Assembly: GCF_036321535.1 (NCBI RefSeq)
Contig: NC_087437.1
Coordinates: forward strand, 101,620,001-101,684,000
DNA length: 64,000 bases
Reading direction: 5' to 3'
From: Camelus dromedarius
Lineage: Eukaryota
The notes under the pieces were generated by a model. That model saw nothing but the letters and a program-made list of their open reading frames with translations, searched no databases and was not told the origin of the DNA. This document shows positions 52,300 through 64,000 of the stretch, one piece after another; position 1 is the first letter of the stretch, and every line of letters starts with the position of its first letter. Both the position numbers and the translations under genes were made by a program.

Positions 52300-55200
52300 G
52301 GTGTGGCCAAGAAGACAGAGTGGAAGAACCTGAGTTCAGCTCTTCCCACAAGGACACCAAAATTACAACTATTTATAGAAAAATTATTGATGAGAACAAT
52401 TTAAAAACCAGCAGAAAAGATTTTATACAACAAAAGATACAAAGAAGGAAAGATACGAACAATGAGATAGGTGGGGAGGCAGAGAAACAGTATAGTTAAG
52501 ACCCATACTCCTGGGTGGGAAATGCACAAATGGGAGGGTAATCACAATGCAGAGTTTCTCCCCAAGGAGCAAAATCTCTGAGCCCCACATCCAGTTCCTT
52601 GGCTTAAGGGAAGCCCAGGATGAAAAGCCACAGCGCATCTGACTTTGAACCAGCAGAGCTTATTCTGTTCAGGAGAGCCATAGGGCTACAGGAAAGAGAC
52701 TTCATTCTTAAAGGGCACAAGCAAAACCACACATGCTCTGAATCCCAGGACAGAAGTGATCATTTGAAAGGAGCTTGGGTCAGCACCCCTTGCTGAACTT
52801 AGAGAGTCTCCTGGAGAGGCAAGAGGCAATGGTGACTCCCCCTGGAGATACAGATACTGGCAGCAGCCATTTTTAAGAGCTCACCCTACTATGAGGACAT
52901 TCTACTAAACTGGCAAGAACCATTTTGGAGTTTGCCCTCTAGGCTGTTAGTGCTGGGGGCTTACTCACCTACCAGAAAGCTGGTACCACTTCTAGGAACC
53001 CATGGGCCATGCAGCCAACCATGCCAGGACCCAATCTCACCCACCAGCAAGCTGGCACAGGTATACTTGGCCTTGCCCACTACTGGGTAGGAAGCCACTG
53101 TATGAGGTAGGGCCTGGCAACCCACAAGGCTGGGGGCCACCCATGCCTCACAGCACACCCACAGTAGCTGCCCTGCTACAACAGAAAGGTCCATGCAGCC
53201 TACATAGGGGGCATCCCTAGATCATACAGGCCTAGTGACAAGAGGGGAGTGTGCTGCTGGACCTATAGGACATCCTTTACATAAGGCCACTTCTCCAAGA
53301 TCAGGAAATGTAACTGACCTAGCCTATATATATATATATACACATACACACACACACAGAATTAGGCAAAATGAGGAGACAGAAATATGTTCCAAACAAA
53401 GGAGCAAGGTAAAACCTCAGAAGAACCAAGTGAAGTAGAGATAAGCAATATACCCAATAAGGAGTTCAAGGTAATGAGCATAAAGTTGCTCAGTGGACTC
53501 AGGAGAAAAATGGATGAACAGAATGAGAAGTTTAACAAAGAATTACAAAACATACAGAAGACCCAGTTAGAGCTGAAGAATACAATAACTGAAAGATAAA
53601 ATACACTAGAAGGAATCAACAGTAGATTAAATGATACAGAGAAATGGATCAGCGAACTGAAAGAGCACTGAAAAACACCCAAGTTGAAGAGAAAAAAGAA
53701 AAAAAGAATAATAAAAAGTTAAGATAGCTTATGGGAGCTATGGGACAACAACAAGCAGATTAACATTTGCATTTCAGAGGTCTCAGAAGGAGAAGAGAGA
53801 GAAAAAGGGGTGGAGAAAATATATGAAGAGATAATAGCTAGAAACTCCCCAGACCTGGGAAAGGAAACAAGACATCAGGACCAAGAAGCACACACAGTCC
53901 CAAACAAGATGAACCCAAAGATGATTGCACCCAGATGCACTGTAATTAAAACGGTAAAAACTAATATAAAGAGAGAACCTTAAAAAGAACAAAAGAAAAG
54001 CAACTAGTTGTGTACAAGGGAAATCCTGTAAGACCATAAGCTGACCTTTCAGCAGAAACTTTGCAGGCCAGAAGGCAGTGGCACAATATTTATTCAAAGA
54101 GATGAAAGGAAAAAACCTAAAACTAAGAATACTCTACCCAGCAAGGTTATTATTCATTTGAAGGAGAGAGAAAGAATTTTAACAACAAGCAAAAGACAAA
54201 AGAGTTTAGGACCATTAAGCCAACTTTACAAGAAGTATTAAAGGAACCTCTTCAAGCAAAAAAAAAAAAAAGACCACAACTAGAAATATAAAAATTACAA
54301 AAGAAGAACTGTTATTGGTAAAGGAACATACATCAAAGATGGTAGGTCAACAATCTATAAAGCTAGTAGAAAAGTTAAATACAAAAGTAGTAGAATTATC
54401 TATATCCACAGTGAGTAGTTAAGGGGTACACAAAACAAAAAGATATAGAATATGATGCCAAAAACATTAAGTGTGAGGGAGGGGAGTAAAAATGCAGGGT
54501 TGTCAGAATGCATTCAAACTTGAGATGATATCACCTTAAAATAATATATATGTATATGTTATATGTGAACCTCATGGTAGCAACAAATCAAAACTGTGTA
54601 ATAGTTACAGAAAAAATAAAGAGAAAGGAATCTAAACATAATACTAAAGAGACTCATCAAATTACAAGAGAAGTGAGCAAAAGAAGAAGAAAGGAACAAA
54701 AAACTACAAAAGCAACCAGAAAACAATTTAAAAAATGCCAATAAATGCATGCCTATCAACAATGACTTTAAATGTAAATGTACTAGTGCACCAATTAAAT
54801 GACACAGTGGCTGAATGGATACAAAAATAAGACCCATCTATACGCTGCCTAGAAGAGACTCACTTCAGACTAAAGAAACACACAAACTCAAAGTGAGAAA
54901 ATAAAAAAAAAGTATCCATGCAAATAGAAATAAAAGGAAAACAGGGGTAGGAATGCTGAAATAAGATAAAAACTTTAAAACAAAGACTGTAACAAGAGAC
55001 AAAGGAGGAATTATATAATGAAAAAGGAATGGATCTTACAAGAAGAGGTAACAATTGTATATGTATATATATATATATATGCACCCAACTTAGGAACACA
55101 TAAATGCATACAGGAAATGTTAATAAATAATAAATTCTTCCTTTAGGAAGAAATTAAAAATTACACAATAATGGTAGGGGATTTTAACAACAATTTACAT

Positions 55201-56378
55201 CAACTGACAGATAATCCAGACAGAAAATTAATAAAGAAACACTGGCCTTAAACAGCACACTGTAACAGACTGACTTTCAATATGTATATGTGTGTGTGTG
55301 TGTGTATAATACATATATAAAATATATAGAACATATATATGTATATATATAAAACATTCCATCCAAAAGCAGCAGAATACAATTTTCAAGTGAACATAGA
55401 GTATTCTTCAAAATAGATCATGTGTTCAGCCACACAATTCTCAATAAATTTAAGAAGACCGAAATCATATTTAGCTTCTTTCTGACCACAAAAGTATGAG
55501 CAGAAATCAAGTACAAGAAGAAAACTGCAAAAAAAACACACAAACGGAGGCTGAACAATATGCCACTAAGCAACCAATGGATCACTGAAGAAATCAAACA
55601 GGAATCAAAAAAATACCTGGAGACAAATGAAAATGATCCAAAATCTATGAGACACAGTAAAAGCAGTTCTAAAAGGGAAGTTCACAGTGATATAAGCTTA
55701 TCTCAGGAAATAATAAAAAAATCAAATAAACAACCTAATTTTACACCTAAAAGAACTAGGAAAAAAGAACAAACAAAACCCACATTTAGTAGAAGGAAAC
55801 AAATAATAAAAATCAGAGTAGAATAAATGAAAAACTAAAAATACATTAGAAAAGATCAATGAAGCTAACAGCTAGTTCTTTAAAAAGGTAAACAAAATTG
55901 ATAAACCTTCAGCCATACTCATCAGGAATAAGAGAGAGCCCAAATAAACAAAATCAGAAGTGAAAGAAGAGATGTTACAGCCAACACTACAGAGATACAA
56001 GGAATCGTAAGAGACTACTATGGATAATTACATGTCAATGAAATGGACAACATAGAATAAAGGGATAAATTTCTAGAAATACACAATTTACCAAGACTGA
56101 ATCAGAAAGAAATTTAAAAAATATATGAACAGACTGATGTCCAGTAATGAAACTGAATCAGTAATGAAAGAACTAACAAAGTCCAGGACCAGAAGACCTC
56201 CCAGGTGAATTCTACCAAACATTTCAAGAAGTGCTCCAAAAAAACTGCGGAAGAAGAAACACTTCCAAACTCATTCTACAAGGCCAGCATCAAACAAAAC
56301 AAAACAAAAAAAAACGAAAAAGAAAAAAGAAAAGAAAAGAAAAGAAAAGAAAAGAAAAGAAAAGAAAAGAAAAGAAAA
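52300..56378 (+). mobile_element. L1 LINE, 5'-intact and 3'-truncated: 5' UTR, dead ORF1 (~53371-54260), spacer, dead ORF2 (from 54735) ending at ~56290
   Basis: ORF1 peptides 'MFQTKEQGK...EFKVM...NEKFNKELQNIQKTQLELKNTITE'. ORF2 endonuclease start at 54735 ('TLNVN', 'CLEETHF'), 'NQWITEEIKQE' and 'EETLPNSFYKASI'. Many stops and frameshifts. Ends in (AAAAC)/(AAAAG)n. Confidence 0.95.
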
Positions 56379-56399
56379 ATTAGTCTATTATTTCCAGTC

Positions 56400-57090
56400 A
56401 CAGATGGGAACATTATGAAGCCATGTAACAGGGCAGAGCAATCCCAGGTTATGTTTTTGAGTCTTAACATACAGCTGGAGCTGTAAGTATTGAAGCTACA
56501 GTATTCTGCTAACCCCAAATCAAGAATCCTTTTCCTACTATGGACTTGTGTAGTGCAACTGCCAAGAAATCTCTGTGTTAAATATATACATGAGGAAATA
56601 ATCAGAAAAATGCAGACTGTGAGACACCCAACAGGACAACTGGCCCAGGGCCTTCAAAATTCCAAGGTCATAAATATACAGAAATGTGCAACTCTTCTAA
56701 TTTAGAGGGAAAAACAGGAAAACAAACTATTGTAATGCAAGGATTTTATTTGCATCCTTAAAAGAAAATTTAAAAATAAGACATTTTGTAGCACTTTGCA
56801 AATCAGGCTTATATAATTGAGGATTTTATTAAATTAGTGTTAAATATGGTAACATTATTATGGCTTTACAGAAAATATAATTTTCCCTAGGAAACACATA
56901 CTGAGTATTTAGGGATGAAGGGTAAGAGACATTTAATTTTCTCAAAATGGTTCAGAGAAAAACAGATATTTCCACAGATCAAGAGAGATGAAAAATGAAA
57001 TAAAATGTTAACAATCTAAGTAAAGGGACTACTAAAGTTTGTTGTAGTATTTCTTTACACCTTCTCTCATTTTTAAACATTTGAAAATAC
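56400..57090 (+). mobile_element. Old L1MC/ME-like 3' UTR
   Basis: 'catgaggaaataatcagaaaaatgcagactgtgagaca...acaactggcc', 'catactgagtatttagggatgaa', 'ctcaaaatggttcagagaaaa'. Confidence 0.7.
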
Positions 57091-60000
57091 AACAGTTTCC
57101 ATGGAGTGATCATGGGTAAGTATGAAGATAGGGACACTCCAGTTTTTTAGAAACTAAAATTCAGAAAAAAGTTGCTTTATATATTTCATTTGTACTTGTA
57201 ACATATACACTAAAGTAAGATTTACCAATGATTTAATGGGAAATAATAAAAGCACAATTTTTCTAAAGCAAGAAATTATCTCTTTTTTCATTTATTTGAA
57301 AAACAAGGCTTAATAAGTAGTTTTAAGAATAATAATCTTCTTAATAAATACCTAATATATTTGCCTTTTATTTTGATTTTGTTTTTCTTTTACTTTATAA
57401 TTTATTTCTTCTAGTCATATAAACCTTAAAAGAAATTTTTCATTTTCAAATATTTGCAAATCATAACCAAGGAACACAAGTAGCTTGCTACCATCCAGGC
57501 TTGAGAAAATTATAAACCCTATAACCACATTTTTAATGGACTATTAAATAAATTCCAGGGTGAAATTTTAAAAGTTACCTCATCAAAACATATTAACTAA
57601 ATTTGAATCAGAAATGATACATTTTACTAATGATATTAAGCACTGATATTTATTTTAACTTAATTATCCACAATAATGCAAACTAAGTAACGATGAACAA
57701 AAATATATTCAATCGTATATGTATTTGACTATTTTAATTGAGGAAATTGGTGCATATGTGTTGAAAATATATTCCGGTTTCTATGTCACATCAATAAGAC
57801 ATTATATTAAAAATTATAAAGTTAAACATAGATAGTGGGAGTGTAGGAAAATTTTTTTTAATACCTTATTTCTTAATTACATTTTTTTCCTATGTACTCA
57901 AACATCATATTGAGTTGGTTGGCAATTAAGCTTTACAGTAATGGGTTTTAAAATGACATCTAGTTGGCACTGAAGTTCCAAGTGGATGAGGAGAAAATGG
58001 GAAATAAATGAATGCTCAGTTTTAGGCGATCATGATAATTCTATTTCAATTGCCAAACAAGGAACAGAAGTTAAAACCATCCTTTGTTTGAGTTAAAGAT
58101 GTCAAATATCAGTTGGAAAATAAATCACACAAAGACCATCTTCTCTCTCTCTACCACACACACACACACATACACATACCTGAAATCTATGAAGCTATGA
58201 CAGAACATGGAACATAAATAAACATGATTTACATTATACTGTTAATTTTTTCTACTTTAATTTGCAATATGGTTTCTGAATACAGTATATCTCTTTCTGG
58301 CATATTTCAATATTTGTCTGTTGAATTTATAATTTGTTAACTTTCTATCCTATTTAAGAGCATGCATATGTGTAGTGAGTTCAGTTTTCATTCATGTAAC
58401 TTAGTAGTCCCTATTTCCCTTAAACATCAAAAATAGAGTAGAAAAGTAAGTACCTTTTACATGAAATTCCTTACCTCGTCCTCTACCTCAGTTGCATTTT
58501 TAAGTTATTTCTATTTGCCACAGTCTCAAAGAAGCCATAAAGTTGAGAATTCTTGTGATTAGAGTGTGATGTGGTATAGAATTATTTCAACCACAGCCTG
58601 AACATGTTTTTCATGTTAATGTGTATCTATTTGAGTTCAGAGTAAGTATCATTGAATAGCAGTTTCAGTTGCTTTGTAGAAGTTACTGCCAACAGACAGA
58701 AGAGCCAGTGGCATAATTATGCTTATGGCAACTTCATTATACTTTATTTCAACTTCTGGTCAAACAAATTCTTATAAAACATCCATTAAAGCCTACATTC
58801 TTCCCCTTAATATCAGACAAGTTCATTGAGTAGAAGAAACTTCCTGAAAATCCATATTATGAGACTCAGTTTAGGAAATGAATGATCAAGTATAAAATCC
58901 TAGAGTGATGCAAGATGGCGAAATCATTACATACTAATTGTCCATCTCAGGAGAGAGTATCTAGTTGCTATTATCGAGAATGAAATCAAATAACAGTGAT
59001 CTCCAAGAATTCCCAAAGTAAGACTAATTTGAGATGGGCTTTGCCGAAGAAGCACTAAGATTTTTGCGGACAGAGATGAACGAGATGGGTGTACCAGGTT
59101 AAAATGCAAATAAGCCAAGTTCAGAGAATAGGGATGAGTATTACATAAAGAGGAAACAGTAAGATCTCGTCATTGCAAAACTAGAATGTCACATTGTGTA
59201 GGGATATTGGAAATTAATATGAAAGGCATAATATGAAAGCTTTAACAACTTTATGAGTTATGATGATCAGAAGGTGGCCTTTGAATGAAATAGTTAATTA
59301 TTATATCTTTCCTCTTTGAACTGAGGTATCTTTGTGGATAACTAATCTCTTTTTACCTTCACATACCAGCAAAAGCATAATACGTGGAGCAAAATATATA
59401 GTCAATAAATAGCATGGAATGAAAACATACTTTAGAATATTTATTCTGACAGTAGTAGGATATTTTAAATAATTCTGCCAAAGTATGTGAAAAGAAAGTA
59501 CAATTTTAAACTACCCATGGAAATTATCGTAGTATCACGACTTCATAAAAACCATAAGAGATGCACCATTATTATTATTTTAGAAATAGAAGTTATTCCT
59601 AAACTTCTAAATTTAGAGACTATATTCCAGAGCTAAAAACTTACTTGAGTATTTGGCTTTCTATTGTGGTTTAGCATGGTGTACTTTATTTGTCTTAAAA
59701 GTACCATTTTAAGATAATGCAAACAAAATATTTAAGATAAGTGTCAATACTTTCTCTGATGTATGATATATGAACTCACAATGAGACAGAGTTTCAAACC
59801 CAGGTATCAAATGACAGTAGCACTGGGAATTATACCATCACTGAACATTTCTTTGTATTTTCTTTGTTCCTAAGAAACGAAATGAAAACTACATTCAGAT
59901 TGTTTTATTTAAATCAAATTAGAATAAATTATACTTTCAAAACATTAGGTTTGTTGTTAAAGAATCACAAAAGGTAGAAAATAACAATTAGTTCCTTTGA

Positions 60001-60379
60001 ACACAAGATCTATGTAAAATGAAACAACCATATATAAAATTGTGTATTTTCTCTCAAACAAGCAAAGTGTGAGAAGTTTCCAATGATGAAGACATAAAAA
60101 ACAATGAATGCTGCAATGTTGTATCATTGTACATGCTTAGTTTTTGAGGCTGGTTAGCCTAACCCACTACAAAGTGAGTTAAGCATCAAATCCTTCACTG
60201 ATTTTTTGGGAGCATGCATATACAAATTAAATCTTCAATAAAATAAAAAATAACTATTCAAATTTATACACATATATTTGAGTGATGTTTAGAGAAATGG
60301 TTGTAAGTATGAAGTATTAGGTACCTCCACACAGAAGTTTGCTTTGAATCAATGTTTATGATAATTTTAATTTTTCTAT

Positions 60380-61595
60380 CTAAATAAAAATCAATCTAAA
60401 TGTTTTGCTAAGTGATTGCAGGATCTGACTGATGCATATGGGAGATTTCAGAAGAGCGATGTATATGTTACATGCAGTAATTGTGGAATTGAGGTATCAG
60501 TGCAAATCTGTGAACACATACATACACAGATAAATTTATATGCTCATATATACATAAGCAAATAATGTGATCTCTAGCTTTGTCTCTTGAGAGGGCCTAA
60601 GAGCAACAATGATCAAATGGCACTGAGTCTACCTACTGCCCATATGTTAGCTTCTCTATGTCATTTTCCACTAAAAGGATGGCTCCTTGGTTTTAAGAGC
60701 CTGGTTCTAGGCCTGTTCAAGAGAAGTACAAGATGATATTGGAAATATCATTTTGTAACCAGAAAGCAAGAATGTGCTAAAAAAAAAAAGGGAGGGGGGT
60801 AAGTTGAAAAAATACAGAAGCCAGCGTGAAAAGGCTACCACTGGCCAAATTAAGGACAATAAGAGGTTCAAGATAAATGAGACAACATGCTTTAACCCAC
60901 TGAATGAAAATAGAAAGCAACTGTGTTCATAGATATATAAACTAAAAAAATAAAGAAATAAAAATGTGAGAAAATGTATATTTATATAATTTAAAACTAT
61001 TTCTGTATAAAATAATTATTAATTACAGAATGAAAAACTAGTTACTTCACACTGAAAAATCCCAGCAGCTATTACCATAATCCAGTGATCTAAATGAACA
61101 TTATTAGTAATGGAACAAACTTAAACTATATGCCATCTGATCGGATGCATTCAGAAGAATTAAACATCACTTCTAGGATGTTTGTGCAGACACATAACTG
61201 AAAACTACTCATGAAGAAGCATTCCTAAAGGATATTCTGAAAAAAGAGAATAAGGACACAAAATAATGTGTACAAGTCATGAAAATCAAGAAAAGATGAA
61301 AGAACTCGTAATGGATCCCTTTATTATCAAGACATTTTTGTAACAGTTGTCAAACTAGATAGAAGTCTGGATTTTATAGTAGTAATGTGTTAATGTGAAT
61401 TTTTTGTCTATGATGATCGTACTGTATAGATTATAATATTATATAGGCAAATGTCCATTCATATACAAAATTCACACTAACCTATTAGAGGAATTAGATC
61501 TACAACTTATTTTCAAATGCTTCAGGGAAAAATACTTCTTTATACTGTACTTCTAACTTTCCTGTAAGTTTGTGTTCATACAAGAAAGAAAGAAA
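60380..61595 (+). mobile_element. L1MC/MD-like 3' UTR
   Basis: 'tgagagggcctaagagcaac', 'ttttccactaaaagga', 'ccactggccaaatt', 'ctgtacttctaactttcctgtaagtttg'. Confidence 0.8.
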
Positions 61596-61656
61596 TACCA
61601 CAATTCTACCCGGAAATTGTTATTTGCCTGATTTTGAAGCTGTAGGATTCAAGAGT

Positions 61657-62150
61657 TTTTTTTTTTTAAATTGAAATATAGTTGATGTACAATATTATGT
61701 TAGTTTCAGGTGTGCAATGTAGTGATTCAATATTGAAATGCATTACAAAATGATTATCACAATGTCTAGTAACCATGTGACCCCATGCAAAGTTATTAAA
61801 GTATTATTGACATACTTCTTATGCTGTACATTATATCCCCATGTTATTACTGGAAGTCTGTGTTTCTTAATTCCCTTCACCTGTTTTGCCCATCCCTACC
61901 CTCCTCCCCTCTGAAAACCACCAATTTGCTCTTGTATCTATGAGTCTATTTTCATTTCATTTTGTATGTTTTTGTTTTTCAGATTCCACATATAAGTGAA
62001 ATCATGTAGTATTTGTCTTTCTCTGACTGACTTATTTCACTTAGCATAGTACCCTCTAGATCCTTCCATGTTGATGCAAATGACAAGATTTCATTTTTAT
62101 GGCTGAGTAATATTCCATCATATATATATATATATACATATATTTTTTAT
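61657..62150 (-). mobile_element. 5'-truncated L1 (L1MA9-like 3' end) with perfect TSD
   Basis: Poly(T), then 'aattgaaatatagttgatgtacaatattatgttagtttcaggtgt' and 'agattccacatataagtgaaatcatgtagtatttgtctttctctgactgacttatttcacttagcat'. 11-bp TSD gattcaagagt at 61646-61656 and 62151-62161. Confidence 0.95.
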
Positions 62151-62169
62151 GATTCAAGAGTCTAAATGC

Positions 62170-62940
62170 TACCCCAGGGCCTATAAAGGTAGAGTTCATC
62201 ATCCAATTGTCTTTCAAAGCTGAGGAAATTATACCCACCAAATGCTTAATCAAAAGCCTGGGAGAATTATGTACAACAAATGGGATAAACCAAAAGTAGA
62301 CTGAGGCTTAATGAAACTGCAACTTTCTCCTGACCCTGCTCAACATACAACTGAGCACAGTGGGTGCCATTTCTTTTAACTGCTTCACAGAGTAAAAAGA
62401 GAAACTCTCTTGTGCAAGAAAAGAAAATCTAGATCCTAGACAGTTCTTTTATACACTGTCTCCAGAGTACAGAATACAAAAGCATTAGATGTGAGCCAAG
62501 AAAATGTGACTGATAAGCAAGAGAAAAAAATAGACCAAAGAAGCATCTATACAGATGATCTAGGAATTTAAGTTAGCGGATAAACTCATCGAAGTAATAT
62601 GATTAATATGCCAAAGGAATCAGATTAAGTGGAAAAATAAGTGGAAGATGGAGAAATATAAGCAGATCTCTATGAAAGGATCAATAATACAGTGGTTTAA
62701 AAAACAGATTAAGCCTTGAAGAATATGGGATTAGCAAACTCAACTATAGATTGCTAGAATATTTTCAAAGTGAAAAAAAGGAGAGGAATATATATTTAAA
62801 ATAAAATTTTAGAGTATAAAAATACACAAAATATGAAAATACAACAATGTGTATAACAGATTTCCAGGAGAAAACAGAGAATGAGAAAGAAGCAATATTC
62901 CATGAAACAATGAACAACAGTACCCAAAACTTATTAATCA
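62170..62940 (+). mobile_element. Old L1M/HAL1 5' UTR-ORF1 fragment
   Basis: 'ccaagaaaatgtgactgataagcaagagaaaaaaatagacc...cagatgatctaggaatttaagttagc', 'gagaaagaagcaatattccatgaaacaatg' are decayed ORF1-like. Confidence 0.6.
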
Positions 62941-64000
62941 AACATCAACCTGCAAAGTTAAGGCTTGTGAGACTTAATTATGTTAAAATTATCATATGCA
63001 AAAATTTCTGCTTTTATTTGCACTTTATGTATCTAAAAACAAGAAAAGTAGGAGTGTTTTTTTCACAAAGTCTGTTTAGAAAAGTTAACCAGTATAATTC
63101 AGGCATTAGGCTGGATTTGTCCAGTGGGTTGTATTTTGTTCACTCCTATAACAAATTATTTGTATATATTAATGAAACACATTTTTGCTGTTAATGGGGT
63201 AATATTCTCCCTTCCTAGGTGATGAGTTATTGCCTACAACCTAAATAAGATTATATATATATTCCAGTTACTGAATTAAATATTCTCATTTCTTTTAAAT
63301 GTCCAATAGTATCATTATGAAACTCTCTTCTTTCGTGAATTCTTTCAACTTTAACACAACAGAAACCTGCATAAATATAAACATTTTCTCTTCTAAAAGA
63401 CATTATTTGTTATGGAAATGTGTACTGATTACCACCACTTATAATTTAACGAGTGATTAGAAAATATACAATGGATACAAATGGCAATAGAAAATTAGGT
63501 TAGGCCAAGGAGAATCCAAGTTACTGAAGGCTTTGATACATGTGTCAGCCCATGAATATGGTTTTGAAGATAAGCTTGCTAAGGGGGAAAGGTAATTTGG
63601 CACCAAGAGTTACAGCTGCTTCAGGGCTTAGCCATAAAGAAATACATTTTCATTATATAACTCAGGGGGAAAAAAAAGGAGAAAACTATTATCCTTTGAG
63701 GAGATAAGATTTTTTAAAAAAAGATTTTCCTATTTTAATAACAAAAGGAAAACACTCATAAATTCTTATTACGTTTTTACATATCACAACATCTTTCTTC
63801 ATCTCTTTGTAAACTTTCAAGTGTTGATTTGCTTTTTGCTTTTTCTAATCCACTAAGGAACAATCACAAAAGTATCTGTTTTATGTCTGGCTTGAACATA
63901 CCCGCTTATTGAAAATAAACTTTGTATGTTAACAGAGAAAATAAATGACAATCGTAAGAAAAATTTCAAGGGCTGCTGGTGATAAAAGTATTGGTCTTTT

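Noticed and set aside
53371..56290. Active or domesticated L1 proteins
   Set aside because: Multiple stops, frameshifts and inserted microsatellites; the RT domain is essentially missing.
969..63194. The short ORFs in the supplied track as protein-coding genes
   Set aside because: All are 135 aa or shorter, low-complexity (F/L/I/K-rich), many start at non-ATG codons, and many overlap repeats or microsatellites. The only recognisable ones are broken L1 ORF1/ORF2 pieces.

Overview
This is AT-rich, CpG-poor mammalian genomic DNA, not prokaryotic. Two tRNA-derived SINEs resembling the camelid vic-1 family and a short L1 3' end resembling L1_Art suggest a camelid (alpaca/camel/vicuna) genome. I recognise no intact protein-coding gene. 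The listed ORFs are chance ORFs or fragments of decayed L1 ORF1/ORF2. The window reads as an intergenic or deep-intronic transposon graveyard: old L1M/HAL1, L2 and MIR pieces, MaLR and MLT2 LTRs, five or six ERV1-type solo LTRs, hAT and Tigger (MER44-like) DNA transposons, a 4-kb 5'-intact but 3'-truncated L1, and microsatellites. I found no convincing new biological system. The most unusual features are scars of DNA repair or retrotransposition: (1) a ~470-bp GC-richer insert that looks like the last codons plus 3' UTR of an mRNA and splits an old L1 without poly(A) or a clean TSD; (2) a perfect 45-bp copy of sequence 1.75 kb upstream; (3) a short L1 insertion whose 5' junction is filled with direct and inverted copies of the flank; (4) a perfect 48-bp tandem duplication; (5) a young solo LTR with duplicated GATA-containing U3 repeats. 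Repeat subfamily names are from recall of consensus sequences and need RepeatMasker/Dfam confirmation.
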